Shown here piece after piece: positions 20,974 to 31,854 of a stretch of 64,000 nucleotides of DNA (positions are counted from its first letter, which is position 1; each line of letters opens with the position of its first letter). The DNA is taken from assembly GCA_963817525.1 (NCBI GenBank), contig CAWFOU010000007.1:256001-320000 (forward strand). Reading direction: 5' to 3'. The DNA comes from an uncultured archaeon (GTDB taxonomy: Archaea; Thermoproteota; Nitrososphaeria; Nitrososphaerales; Gagatemarchaeaceae). The notes beneath the pieces are model-generated. The model saw only the letters and a list, made by a program, of their open reading frames with translations. It was not told where the DNA came from and ran no database searches. The position numbers and the translations under genes are program-made.

Positions 20974-23028
20974 TCATCGGCGCCTTCTTCGGGCCGCCAG
21001 GACACCCGTCGCGACGGCGAGCAAGGCGGCGACGGCCGTCACGGAGAGGAAGGCCGCTGTCGAGACGCCCGACGACGTGACGAAGCTCGTGACGACCGAG
21101 GTGGTGGCCGAGGCGCTCGTGGTCGGGAGCGTCGGCGCCAGGGCGACCATCACGCCGTTGGTTATCGGGAGCCCGGGGTCGTCGTTGCCGTTGCACACCG
21201 GGAAGACGAGCAGCTCCTCGCCGGTCGCGTCCTGCCCGATCGCGGGCTGGGTGCAGAGCGCGGACCCCAGGTTCTTCTGGAGGACTAGCCGTCCGGTCTC
21301 CTCGTTGATCGCCCTCAGGTACCCGTCCGCGGCAGGGACGAGGACCAGCCCGCCGGTGATGTCGACGCCCCCGCGGAAGCCGATGTCGGGGATGGGATAC
21401 TCCCAGAGGGGCTTGCCCGTGTCCACGCTGATCGCCCATACGGTGGTGTTCCAGGGCAGGCTGGGCCCTTCGTAGGAGAGGTCTTGGCCGAAGCTGCCGT
21501 ACGGGACGCCGGGGCCTACCGTGGGCGTGATGCTCACCCACTGCGGGCAGTTGTAGGTCACCACGACGGCGATGTTGTTCACCGGGTCGTAGGCAGGGTC
21601 AGACTCGATCCCCCCGCTGTGGCAGGGGTTCTGGACGTACGGCTCGACCGAGGGGTAGTCGGCCCACGGCTTCACCATGTCGCTCCTGTTGGTCGGGTCG
21701 AGGATCTCGCTCGCCGCCGTCCTCTCTATCGAGGGGGCGTCGAAGTACCAGAGCATCTTCCCCGTGGCCGCGTCGAGGGCGTAGAAGTAGCCGTTCTTGC
21801 ACCCTTTCATGACCACCTTCTGGGCCTGGCCGTCGACCGTGGCGTTGGCGAGCATGACGCTCCAAGAGCAGTCGTAGTCGCTCAGGTCGTGTGGGGAGGT
21901 CTGGAAGCCCCAGACGATCCTGCCCGTCGTCTCGTCTATTGCGAGGACGGAGGAGCTCCAGAGGTCGAGGCCCGGCCTGGTCGTCGCGTTCCAGTCCGGC
22001 GACGGCTGCCCCGTCCCCACGTAGACGAGCCCAGTCTGGGGGTCGTAAGCGTCCGAGCCGCCCCACCCACCGTCCGTCCCCGCGAAGCTCTGCTGGCCGT
22101 TGAACCCAAAGTCCCCCCAGTCCCCGTAGAGCATGCCGTAGAGAGTGGAGTTGGGGAGCGCCTTGAGGTTGATCTGGGCCGTCCCGTTGAAGACCCACGC
22201 GTAGCTCGCGTTCTCCACGGAGTGGATGGACCAGAACTGGTTCGAGCCGTCCTGCGGCGGCATGATGAACGTCCTCCACATCAGGGTCGGGGGGGAGGCG
22301 GTGACGTTCCAGGCCTCGAAGAACCCCCTGCCGGCGTCGGTCCCCTCGGAGTCCGAGTTGGTCACGGTCATTATCCCGCGGTCCTGGTCGATGATCAGCT
22401 GCTTGCCCCCAGGGTCGTAGTAGCCGTAGTTGCCGGGGACGTCGACGGGCAGGTAGTCCACCTTGAGCACCTGGGCTCCGGACGCCGCGTTGAGGGCGAA
22501 GACCGTGTAGTTGTCGGCGGCGACCCAGATTAGGGGCTGGTCCCTGACCAGCGTGGTGTACCAGAGCGCGTGGTAGTGCCCCTGGAGGTTGAGCGACTCG
22601 GGGAGGACGCCAATCCCTGGATAGTCATAGTTGAGGGAGAGGTTCTTGCTCCAGGAGAGCTGGCCCGTGTCGGCGCTCTGGGCGACGAGCTCGTCGGAGC
22701 TCGTGATGTAGTAGACCGTCCCCTGGGCGATTATCGGGGTGATGATGACGCTCGTCCCCAGTGTGCTGGGGATGCGCGGGTCGGGGAGGGGGAAAAGCCA
22801 CTTCAGGTCGAGCGTGTCGACGCTCGTCACGTTGATCGCGGTCTGCGGGCTGTAGTCCCAGTTGAACGGGAAGTTGCCATCGGGGCCTATCCAGTCCGCA
22901 GCGCTCTGGGCGCTAGGCACCTGGGCGGGCGCGGCCTGGAGGGCGCCCATGGAAGACGATGTGGAGAGCAGGAAGACCATCGAGGCGAGGGCGAGCAGGA
23001 GCAACGGCCGGGACGCGCTGGCTGACAA
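20974..23028 (-). CDS. Secreted, membrane-anchored PQQ-binding beta-propeller dehydrogenase-like protein
   Basis: Signal peptide; Trp-docking repeats (ALDAATGKMLW, DETTGRIVW); FQTSPHDLSDYD; Ser/Thr linker, TM helix and RRRRR tail. Confidence 0.85.
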   Translation of the reverse strand: MSASASRPLLLLALASMVFLLSTSSSMGALQAAPAQVPSAQSAADWIGPDGNFPFNWDYSPQTAINVTSVDTLDLKWLFPLPDPRIPSTLGTSVIITPIIAQGTVYYITSSDELVAQSADTGQLSWSKNLSLNYDYPGIGVLPESLNLQGHYHALWYTTLVRDQPLIWVAADNYTVFALNAASGAQVLKVDYLPVDVPGNYGYYDPGGKQLIIDQDRGIMTVTNSDSEGTDAGRGFFEAWNVTASPPTLMWRTFIMPPQDGSNQFWSIHSVENASYAWVFNGTAQINLKALPNSTLYGMLYGDWGDFGFNGQQSFAGTDGGWGGSDAYDPQTGLVYVGTGQPSPDWNATTRPGLDLWSSSVLAIDETTGRIVWGFQTSPHDLSDYDCSWSVMLANATVDGQAQKVVMKGCKNGYFYALDAATGKMLWYFDAPSIERTAASEILDPTNRSDMVKPWADYPSVEPYVQNPCHSGGIESDPAYDPVNNIAVVVTYNCPQWVSITPTVGPGVPYGSFGQDLSYEGPSLPWNTTVWAISVDTGKPLWEYPIPDIGFRGGVDITGGLVLVPAADGYLRAINEETGRLVLQKNLGSALCTQPAIGQDATGEELLVFPVCNGNDDPGLPITNGVMVALAPTLPTTSASATTSVVTSFVTSSGVSTAAFLSVTAVAALLAVATGVLAARRRRR

Positions 23029-23129
23029 AAAATTGCTACGCCTTGGGCGCAGCGACGACCCAACCGATTTAGCCGTTGCGTCTCTGGCGCGGAAACGGAT
23101 AAAAACGCGACTATGGGCCGGCGTCGAAG

Positions 23130-23912
23130 ATGATAGACCTTTCAAGGAAGAAGCTCTTCCTCTTCGACCTTGACGGCGTGCTGACCGCGGGCAAGGAGTC
23201 CCCCGTCAAGCTCGGCGGGACCAAGGTCATCAACAAGATAAGGGCAGGAAAGGGGAAGAGGCTCTTCGTCCTCACCAACGACTCGACGGACACGGTGGAG
23301 ACCGTGCTCGAGCGCCTCCAGAGGTTCGACATCCCGGTCAAGTACGAGGAGATACTCACCAGCGCCAAGCTCACCGCGCAGTACGTCTCGAAGAGGCACC
23401 CCAAGGGGACCTACTTCCTCGTGGGCGAGCGCGGCCTCGAGGAGGAGCTGAACAAGGAGGGGCTGAAGAGGACACGGGGGAGCAAGGCCGACGTCGTGGT
23501 GGTGGGCCTGGACAGGTGGCTCACCTACAACAAGCTGGACAAGGCCGGAGAGGTGGCCAGGAACGGGGCGTCCATAGTCGCCTGCCACTACGCGAAGCTC
23601 TACATGTTCAAGGACCGGGTCGCGATGGCGGTCGGCCCCATCGTCAGGGCCATCGAATTCGCCTCGGACAAGAAGGCCGTGGCGATAGGCAAGCCCTCCC
23701 GCCTCATGTTCGAGCTCGCCCTCGAGAAGGCCGGCTGCAGGCCAGAGGACGCGGTGATGGTGGGCGACCAGGAGGAGACTGACATACTGGGCGCGAAGAA
23801 GATGGGCATCACGAGCATCATGGTCAAGACCGGCGTCTTCTCCAGGGGAGAGACGAAGACCCAGGCGGACGCGGTGGTCGAGACCGTGGACGACGTCGCG
23901 GACGGCATCTGA
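23130..23912 (+). CDS. HAD-IIA hydrolase (NagD-like)
   Basis: FDLDGVL, LTND, IGKPS and MVGDQEETDILGA motifs. Confidence 0.92.
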   Translation: MIDLSRKKLFLFDLDGVLTAGKESPVKLGGTKVINKIRAGKGKRLFVLTNDSTDTVETVLERLQRFDIPVKYEEILTSAKLTAQYVSKRHPKGTYFLVGERGLEEELNKEGLKRTRGSKADVVVVGLDRWLTYNKLDKAGEVARNGASIVACHYAKLYMFKDRVAMAVGPIVRAIEFASDKKAVAIGKPSRLMFELALEKAGCRPEDAVMVGDQEETDILGAKKMGITSIMVKTGVFSRGETKTQADAVVETVDDVADGI

Positions 23913-23974
23913 GCGGAGAGCCCTTTGGGCGCAGGACTAAAGTGGGCGCGGCCCCCGGACGCGCGCGAGGGTAA

Positions 23975-25366
23975 ATGCGGATTCTGACTCCCGGGGCGCT
24001 GATCTTCCTGTCGACGCTGGGCGTGCTCGCGCTCTCGCTGAACGGGGTCTGGGCGGCCGACCATCCGGACAGCCTCCTGGAGCTCGCCTATGCGTTCTGG
24101 GCATACCACTCGGTCGTGTTGGGGACGCCAGGCCAGCTCGACCCCGTGTCGGTGGACGTCTTCGTGCGCAACGGGGTCTACTACAGCGCGCTCGCCCCCG
24201 GCGTCGCCGCCCTCTCGCTGCCCTTCACCGGATTGGGGTTCATCCTGGACGGGAGGTTCACCCTCTTCGGGAACGCCTTGCTGATGTCGGAGTTCTTCGT
24301 CGCGTTCTGCAACTCGGTGGCGGCCTACTTCGTCTTCAAGCTGGGCTCCATGTACTTCACCCAGAGGACCTCCGCGTTCCTCGCCTTCGCCTACGCCTTC
24401 TCGACCATAACCTGGCCGTTCGCGACGATGTTCTTCGAGAGCGACGTCTCCGCGATGCTCGACCTAATCGCGGTCTTTCTCGCCATCAGGATGGCCCGCG
24501 GCAAGGCAGCTCGCCTCGCGGACGCGATACCCTGCGGCGCCGCGCTGGGCGCCGCGTTCACGGTGGACTACATCAACTTCCTCTTCGTCCCCGTCATCTC
24601 GGCCTTCCTGCTCTACTCCTTCAGGGGGAGGCTCGCAGGGTTCGCGAAGGGGTTTGCGGGGTTGCTCGCGACGTCGGCCGTCGGCGCGGTCCTCCTGGGC
24701 CTCTACGACCAGGTGGCCTTCGGCAACCCGCTGGTGACCAGCGAGCAGGTCTACGACCACACAACGTCGGTCTTTCAGAGCTTCTCGTACCCGCTGCTCT
24801 CCGGGCTCTACCTCGACCTCTTCTCTCCGCTGAGGGGCGTCTTCCTCTACTGCCCCGTGCTCGTCGTCGGGGTGGTGGGGTGCTTCTACTTCTGGCAGCG
24901 TCGCGAGACGAGGAGCGAGTGCGTCCTCCTCGTCGCGTGCTTCCTGGCGATCGTGATTCCGTACTCGATGTGGTACAACGCTGAGGGGGGCGAGGGGTTC
25001 GGGCCGCGCTTCCTCATCCCGGCGATTCCCTTCCTGCTCCTCCCCGCGGGCTTCGCGATTGAGGCAAGGGGGCGCGTGGTGCGGGTGTTCGCCTACCTGC
25101 TCTACGGGGTGGGCGTGATCTTCAACGGCATCGCCGGGGTAACAACCGCCATCCCGCAGGTCGCGCCGATATCCCAGTTCCCCTTCCTGACACACGTGCT
25201 CCCCCTCTTCCTGAAGGGAGGAGGGGACACCTGGTGGTGGAAGGATGCCGGCTCTTTCTGGTGGGCGCCGTCAGTCCTCATCATCGCGGCGGCGCTCGCC
25301 CTCCCCTTCGTGTTCCCGAGGGGCAAGGACGGCGGCGGAGGGCTCCCGCGAGCGAAATCGTCTTAA
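23975..25366 (+). CDS. Polytopic membrane protein, GT-C glycosyltransferase-like
   Basis: About 11 TM helices with YYSALAPG and GFGPRFLIP motifs typical of PMT-like GT-C proteins. Confidence 0.65.
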   Translation: MRILTPGALIFLSTLGVLALSLNGVWAADHPDSLLELAYAFWAYHSVVLGTPGQLDPVSVDVFVRNGVYYSALAPGVAALSLPFTGLGFILDGRFTLFGNALLMSEFFVAFCNSVAAYFVFKLGSMYFTQRTSAFLAFAYAFSTITWPFATMFFESDVSAMLDLIAVFLAIRMARGKAARLADAIPCGAALGAAFTVDYINFLFVPVISAFLLYSFRGRLAGFAKGFAGLLATSAVGAVLLGLYDQVAFGNPLVTSEQVYDHTTSVFQSFSYPLLSGLYLDLFSPLRGVFLYCPVLVVGVVGCFYFWQRRETRSECVLLVACFLAIVIPYSMWYNAEGGEGFGPRFLIPAIPFLLLPAGFAIEARGRVVRVFAYLLYGVGVIFNGIAGVTTAIPQVAPISQFPFLTHVLPLFLKGGGDTWWWKDAGSFWWAPSVLIIAAALALPFVFPRGKDGGGGLPRAKSS

Positions 25367-25419
25367 GGCCCTCCCGGTTTCTGCCCTCGACATCAATGCA
25401 GCACTCCACAGGCAAGATA

Positions 25420-25806
25420 ATGAGATGCGCCGTATGCGGGAAGGAGGAGTCCACCCCTGGGACGTTCCCCATGGTCATCGGCGTGGGCAGGATCTGCATT
25501 TCGTGCGGGATGCAGACCGTGAAGTGCGACGTGTGCGGGACGGAGGTGAAGCGCCTGACCTCTTCGCGCTTCCAGGGCAGGAACCTGTGCCTGAAGGACC
25601 ACATGAAGGAGGTCGAGAAGTACAAGCAGCACATAGTCAAGACCTTCGACGAGGACAACGATAGCGTCGAGGAGATAATGCGCAAGTCCGTTGCCGACGG
25701 CCCGGAGGGCTACTCGCTGGTCACCCTGCGGAGGGCGAGGAACAGCATGCACGTGTGGGAAGCTGAGTACGAGAAGACGGAGATACTGCAGTCCCGCTGC
25801 AGCTGA
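25420..25806 (+). CDS. Zinc-finger protein
   Basis: CAVC, CISC, CDVC and CLKDH ligand pairs. Confidence 0.7.
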   Translation: MRCAVCGKEESTPGTFPMVIGVGRICISCGMQTVKCDVCGTEVKRLTSSRFQGRNLCLKDHMKEVEKYKQHIVKTFDEDNDSVEEIMRKSVADGPEGYSLVTLRRARNSMHVWEAEYEKTEILQSRCS

Positions 25807-25812
25807 GCGAAA

Positions 25813-26140
25813 ATGTCAGACAACAGCGAGGTCAGGCTCATCCAGAGGCTCGTCCAGGAGATTGAGAGGCTCAAACTCGGGCTCGACCCGGACGTCCTCG
25901 CGGCGTGGTATCGCAAGGTTGAGGTCGAGGCGAAGGCAAGGGCGCCGGCCCGACCTCAGGGACAGCATCCAGGTGATCAGGGACCCCGTCCTCACGATGA
26001 AGTTCGAGTTCAAGACGTCCAGGCGCGCGGTCGATAAGGTCATCGAGGCGATAGAGGCCAACCTCTCTGCGATGCCCATGGCGACGAGGCTCTACTTCGA
26101 GAAGCTCGAAGAGCTCATACAGGCGCAAGCCAAGGCTTGA
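25813..26140 (+). CDS. Hypothetical protein (frameshift near 25950)
   Basis: MSDNSEVRLIQRL frame continues as DLRDSIQVIRDPVLTMKFEFK in the adjacent frame. Confidence 0.6.
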
Positions 26141-26476
26141 GTCCTCTGGACGATTCCATGGCGCAGGACCAGCACAGAGGGCTATTGTGACCTGGTCCTA
26201 CAAGGAAGTACAAGGTCTGGAAGCCATCCGATGTCTTTCCGATAGAGCCCTGAGAGAGTAGTGACTCTAGGAGCTGGGTCAACTCGGCGACGGCTTATGC
26301 CTGTAGAATTCAGCAGGTCATTGTAGGTAATGGGCCTTTCGGCCATTTCTCGAATTATGGTCTTCACGTGCTGCACCTATTTCGGGCAACCTTTGTGACT
26401 TTTCATCGGTGCAACGGATATTTGATATCTGTTCTGGTTTGCAACTAAATGCCACTGGAATGCAACTGCATATATA

Positions 26477-27053
26477 TTGCGCACCGCCATCGCGCGGACC
26501 GTGCTTCCTGCCGATTCTCGTCGCAAACGGGACACGGAGTCCTTGAGTTTCAGGCTGGACAAGGACGACCTGGATGATCTGCGAGAGTTGGCAAGGTCGC
26601 GAAAGATAAGCTTGAACTCGCTCGTCGCCCAGATCCTCGACAGATACCTCAGAGCTCTGGGTCTATGACGGCTCGTTTGGTTTCTTTCCAATCAGCAAAA
26701 AGACGATCAGACTAGCCTTCGCAAAATTATCCCCCGAGGAGATAATGAAATCGCGAAAGAGTCGAGCGCTACAATCCACAAGCAGATAATCATGTTCCTC
26801 TACGGCGAAGTCACCGCGGCGACGGTCATCGACTACTTGGAGGTCTTCGGCTCTAGATTCGAGTCTTACAGGCACTTCCGCAAGGGGCCCCAAACACATC
26901 GTGACGATTTTTCATGAGGTCTCTCTCGAGTTCTCCCAGGTCTACTATGCCATCCTGGCGGCGATTCTTACGCTGGGAGAGTTCAAGATAATTGAGAGCG
27001 AGAGAGACCTGAATGAGGATGGTTTTTCGATCAGTTTTGATGTCCGGCGCTGA
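26477..27053 (+). CDS. Ribbon-helix-helix regulator with C-terminal alpha/beta domain (two frameshifts)
   Basis: SLSFRLD...ARSRKISLNSLVAQILDRY RHH; reading continues in shifted frames (GFLPISKKTIRL..., HIVTIFHEVSLEFS...FSISFDVRR*). Confidence 0.7.
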
Positions 27054-27125
27054 CCACATGGCCGTCCCTGATTTTCTGGTGAAGCTGAGATTTTCGTCCG
27101 CGGTTTGACTGGGATGCGCTGACAC

Positions 27126-28332
27126 CTAGTGCTTTGCGACGATCGCGAGCTCCTTCCCTATCTTGGCGAAGGCGCCGATCGCGAAGTCCAGGTCGTCCGG
27201 CGGTGAGCGCCGCGTTCATGATGGTCCTTAACCTGGCCTTCCCTTTCGCGACCATGGGGAAGACGATGGGCAGCGCGAAGACGCCCTCCTCGAAGAGGCG
27301 CGCGCTGAGCTTCTTCGCGACCTCCGCCTCCCCTACCATGATGGGCGTTATCGGCGACTCGCTCTTCCCGATGTCGAACCCTAGGTCGCTCATGGACTTT
27401 TTGAAGTGCCTCGTGTGTCTCCAGAGGGTCTCGACCCTCTCGGGCTCGTTCTCGAGGACGTCTATCGCTGCGATGCACGCGGCCGCGACGGCCGGCGGGT
27501 GCGAGCCGCTGAGCAGCCACGTGCGGGACTTGTTGTAGGCGAAGTTCGTCAGGTCGCGAGACCCGGAGACGTGCCCCCCGACTACCCCGAACGCCTTGGA
27601 GAAGGTCCCCATCTCGATCTGGACCTGCTTCCTCGTGAGGTTGAAGTGGGAGACGATCCCTCGACCGCCCTCGCCAAGGACTCCCTCCCCGTGGGCGTCG
27701 TCGACGTACACTATGGCGCCGTGGTCGCCGGCGAGCTTCGCAATCCGGTCGAGGGGGGCGATGTCCCCGTCCATGGAGAAGACGCCGTCTGTGATTATCA
27801 GCATCCTCCGGTATTGCGGGACGTGCCTTTCGGCGTCCTCGAGGACCCTCGCGAGGTCGGCCATATCGCCATGCTTGTAGACGGCCCTCTCCGCGCGCGA
27901 CAGCCTGACGCCGTCGATTATGCTGCCGTGGTTGAGCTCGTCGCTGATGACGATGTCCTGCTCCCCGACGAGCTGGGGTATCAGCCCGCTGTTGACCGCG
28001 TAGCCCGTCTGGTAGACAAGCGATGCCTCCGCGCGCTTGAAGTGCGCGAGCCTCTCCTCGAGCAGGATGTGGAGGTCCATGTTCCCCGCGATAGCCCTGA
28101 CCGAGCCGGAGCCCGCCCCGTGCGTGGTCACGCCGTCGATGGCGGCCTTCTTCAGGGCGGGGTGGTCTGTGAGTCCCAGGTAGTTGTTGGAGCACAGCAT
28201 GAGGACTCGCTTGCCGTCGATTTGGCACCAGGGGGTGCTCGGCCCCTGGAGCGTCCTGATCTTCCAGTCGAGGTCGCTCTGCACCAGCGCGCGGTACTCT
28301 TCCCCTAGGAATGACGTCGGGTCCCTGCTCAT
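27126..28332 (-). CDS. kbl: 2-amino-3-ketobutyrate CoA ligase (frameshift near 27200)
   Basis: CSNNYLGL, SDELNHGSIIDG, DGVFSMDGD and GTFSKAFG (PLP lysine); close to tdh. Confidence 0.9.
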
Positions 28333-28441
28333 CTCGAGATTCTCCCCCGACCCGCCTTAATTTCCTTTTTCACGGGGTGCTCGACGCCGAACGGGGGCCG
28401 ACCAGAAAGGTTCATTTCACACTGCTACGCCAACTGTCGCC

Positions 28442-28972
28442 ATGAACCTGAGACTCGTCGTTGGTGTCGGCTCTATCTCCCTGATCGCTATCTCGCTCTT
28501 GGTCGCTTCTTTTCCTCTAGCTAGCGCCCAGACGACCACCATCATCACCATCCCGAAAGGGTCTGGCTTCCCAGCCGGCGCTCCCGGGTACGCGCCCGAC
28601 AACGCCACGGTCGTGATAGGGGTGAACAACACGGTGGAGTGGGTGAACAACGACACGGTCGCGCACACGGTCACGCCCGTGAAGCAGCCCTCGGGCGGGA
28701 ACTGGCCGGCTGCGGGGTCGGGCAACCTTGCCGTGAACGCGACGTACACCTTTACGTTCACCGTGCCGGGCACCTACACCTACAACTGCCTGTACCACAC
28801 TTGGATGTCGGGGACGCTGACGGTGCTCCCCGCAACGCACACGACGGCCGAGTTCCCCACGGCAGCCCTTGCCATCGTCCTCTTCGCCGTGATTGCCGCC
28901 GTGATAGTGGCGGTTCCCCGGCTGAAGCCGAAGCCGGTAGCCAGCGCGGCGCCGCCCGCGATGGGCGCCTAG
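28442..28972 (+). CDS. Secreted plastocyanin-like cupredoxin with PEF-CTERM-like anchor
   Basis: Signal peptide; type-1 Cu ligands H(TV)...C-LY-H-TW-M; AEFP plus TM helix plus basic tail. Confidence 0.88.
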   Translation: MNLRLVVGVGSISLIAISLLVASFPLASAQTTTIITIPKGSGFPAGAPGYAPDNATVVIGVNNTVEWVNNDTVAHTVTPVKQPSGGNWPAAGSGNLAVNATYTFTFTVPGTYTYNCLYHTWMSGTLTVLPATHTTAEFPTAALAIVLFAVIAAVIVAVPRLKPKPVASAAPPAMGA

Positions 28973-29002
28973 CCTAAGAAACGAATTTCGCGACCCCTCG
29001 GC

Positions 29003-29971
29003 TTACGCCGAGAGCGTGCCCTGCTTCGCGCGGGCGCTGAGCTCCTTGATCATGTCCTTCGTCATGGCGCCGAGGTTGTACTTGGGTTTCCACCCCCAGT
29101 CCCTGCGCGCGACTCCGTCGTCGACGGACTCGGGCCACGAGTCGGCAATCTTCTGGCGGAAGTCGGGGACGAACTCGCAGGTGAACCCCGGAATGTGCTT
29201 CTTGATCTCCCTGGCTAGCTCCCCGGCGGAGAAGCTCAGCCCGGCGAGGTTGTGGCCCATGTGATAGGTGACGCTCCTCGGGCTGGCGTCCATCAGCATG
29301 AGGGTGGCCCGGATAGCGTCCGGCATGTACATCATGGGTAGGACCGTGTCCTCCCTCACGAAGCAAGTGTAGCGCTTCTTCAGGATGGCCTGATAGAACA
29401 TGTCGACGGCGTAGTCGGTCGTCCCGCCGTGCGGAGGGACCTTGTTGCTGATGATCCCCGGGTACCTTATCGAACGGACGTCAACGCCGTAGCGCTGGTG
29501 GTAGTAGTTGCAGAGGAGCTCGCCCGCCGCCTTCGTTATCCCGTACATCGTGGTGGGGGCGAGGGGCACGTCCTGGGGGGTCTTGACCCGCGGGATGCCA
29601 GGCCCGAAGACCGCGATGGAGCTAGGCCAGTAGACGCGCTTGACCCCCAGCTCCCTCGAGAGCTCGAGGATGTTCTGAAGGCCCTTCATGTTGACGTCCC
29701 AGGCGAGCTGTGGGTTCTTCTCGCCTGCCGCGGAGAGGATGGCAGCCAGGTGGTAGATCGTCGTCACACCCCAGGTCCCGATGGCCTCCTGCAGCTTCCG
29801 GATCTCGGTGACGTCGACCTGCTCGTTGGGGCCTGACGGGAGGACCTTCTCCACGGCCTTCAGCAGGATGTCGGTTGCGATGACGTTCTCCTCGCCGTGC
29901 TTCTCGCGGAGGGCGACGACGAGCTCGGAGCCGATCTGGCCGGCGGCTCCCGTCACCAAGATCTTGCCCAT
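29003..29971 (-). CDS. tdh: L-threonine 3-dehydrogenase (SDR type)
   Basis: GAAGQIGSEL, HLAAILSA, PSSIAVFG, YGITK and GGTTDYAV motifs. Confidence 0.92.
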   Translation of the reverse strand: MGKILVTGAAGQIGSELVVALREKHGEENVIATDILLKAVEKVLPSGPNEQVDVTEIRKLQEAIGTWGVTTIYHLAAILSAAGEKNPQLAWDVNMKGLQNILELSRELGVKRVYWPSSIAVFGPGIPRVKTPQDVPLAPTTMYGITKAAGELLCNYYHQRYGVDVRSIRYPGIISNKVPPHGGTTDYAVDMFYQAILKKRYTCFVREDTVLPMMYMPDAIRATLMLMDASPRSVTYHMGHNLAGLSFSAGELAREIKKHIPGFTCEFVPDFRQKIADSWPESVDDGVARRDWGWKPKYNLGAMTKDMIKELSARAKQGTLSA

Positions 29972-30059
29972 GAATTCTTGCGCTTTTCCGGCGTTCGCTA
30001 CATAAGGGTTTTCTGCGGTCGTCGGTCTTCCGAAACCTCGTCCGCCTCGCATCTTGTGA

Positions 30060-31760
30060 TGACACGCCTAGCCGTATTTCCACAACCGCGCCCTCGGAAT
30101 GACGGCCATGCACCCTGTCCTTGATCATGACGCTTCCACCGTATCTTTCGACTACGAGGGCTCGGACGATTGAGAGTCCCAGCCCGCTTCCTACGGCGCT
30201 GTCGAGATACCTTCTGAATACCTTCTCCTTTAGCTCCTCGGGGACGCCGACTCCGCGGTCTGTCACGCTGATCTTCCAGTACTGCTGCTTCGGCGTGCTT
30301 GGGGCGCCTTCGCTCGCTCTGCCTTCCCCTTCAAATTTCTCCACTTTCACGTCGATGGAAACATCGGCACCCTGCGTATATCTTACGGAGTTTGAGAAGA
30401 TGTTAACGAAAACCTCGTCCAGCAGCTCGTCGCAGACTGTCTGAGCCTCCAAGTCGTCGGAGGAATACGAGAATTCTATGTGTCTCCCAGGGTTGGCATC
30501 CCTAACCAGAGCGAAGGACCTATCCAAGGAGTCCTTCAGGTTGATCGGACCAAGTTGCACGTTTTCTTCGAAGGTGATCTTGCCTAACTTCTTCGCCCGC
30601 TCGATCAGGGACGTGGAGCCATCGATGGCGCTCGTCATCATGTTGAGCAGTCTCTCCCTCTTTTCGCCGTCGTGTTCGACCGCCAGCAGTTCGCTGTTGA
30701 ACCTCATGATCTGGTTGAAGTTCCTGATGTCGTGCGTGAGGACATCCTGCAGCAGCTGCGCCTGCTTCCGGCTGCGTTTCTCCTTCTCCCGGAGCTCCGT
30801 CTCTCCCCAAAGCGCCTCGAAGACCGAGACGAGCCCGGCGATGGTGGGCTTGCTCGTGCTGTAGATGTTGGTCGAAACCGCCTGCTCCGTCGTCTCTGCC
30901 TCGGAATTCAAGTACTGCGTGATGAACATCCTGCGCCTGTCGTAAATCAAGATGCTCACGTTGATTGACTTGTCCATGTTACGCCAAGTGGCGCTCGGAA
31001 GGAGCTCGGTGACCGAGCCGACGACCGTCGGCGAAAGGATCCTGACAGGGAACCCTTTCCTTTCCTGCCTCTCGGCGAGCCTCCGGAACGACTCCTTGTT
31101 CCTCAAGATCGTCTTCTCCGACGCCAGGATCATCAACACCTCTTCGCTGCACTCCTCCGTCATTCTTTCTCCGAGCTCGTAGACCCTATACATGTCATCG
31201 ATGACCACGGTCGATTCAGGTTCGACTCCTAGCTCCAGTTGCCCGATTCTCGCGTCGGCGGGCGTCGCGCTCCTCCACATTACCTGGAAGATCTGGTCAG
31301 CCTGAGATATCACGTCCTGTCTGGTGCTCCAGACCACCTCTCTGGGGATGGGAGCCTTCGAGGACGCTTGCTCCTCAATGGCCGACAGAGGCGCAGCGAG
31401 GTATTCTTCCTTCGAGAGCGCGAAACTCACCTTGTTTCCCTCGATGTGCCTGACCTCGACGCCCGCCTCCATCACGGCCTTATAGTAGCCCACGTTTTCT
31501 TTTTGCAAATCTGCGGCCAGCTGGAATTTCAGGTCTGGGTTCCGCGCGAACATCTGCCGCGTGTAGGCTATCGCTGGTTCCATTTCCTTGGGGATCCTCC
31601 TGTCGGCGAGAGCAACCAGATAGGATGAAGCTACCGCCCTCTCGATGAAAGCATTGACCAGCGACTCCACATTCTTCTCGCCCTTGACTACCCTCGTCTC
31701 TCCTTCGAGTCGGGCGTCTGCGCTTCCCTTGCCGCTGAGCAGTTGGTCCAAGCTTTCCAC
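30060..31760 (-). CDS. Soluble sensor histidine kinase (3' end approximate; probable frameshift read-through into tdh)
   Basis: H-box LTHDIRN, N-box NIFSNSVRY, G-boxes DRGVGV and GSGLGLSIV; N-terminal TrmB/PLD-like repeats typical of thaumarchaeal kinases. Confidence 0.85.
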
Positions 31761-31806
31761 GATTGGGTTGGAAAGAAGCGCGGGTTCTGGCCATAAAAGC
31801 CGTTTT

Positions 31807-31819
31807 GGAACATTGTTCT
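31807..31819. promoter_or_regulatory. Palindromic motif GGAACATTGTTCT, 8 nt upstream of TATA-like TTTTAT (31798-31793) of the histidine kinase gene
   Basis: Perfect GAACA-T-TGTTC palindrome; spacing shared with other copies. Confidence 0.65.
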
Positions 31820-31854
31820 CATTTAGAAATCTATACTTGCAGCGCGCGAGCCTC

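Noticed and set aside
1148-28308. Long antisense or alternative-frame ORFs (e.g. 1148..2365, 17950..19842, 21484..22533, 27406..28308)
   Set aside because: Arg/Gly/Pro-rich shadow ORFs expected in high-GC coding DNA overlapping well-supported genes
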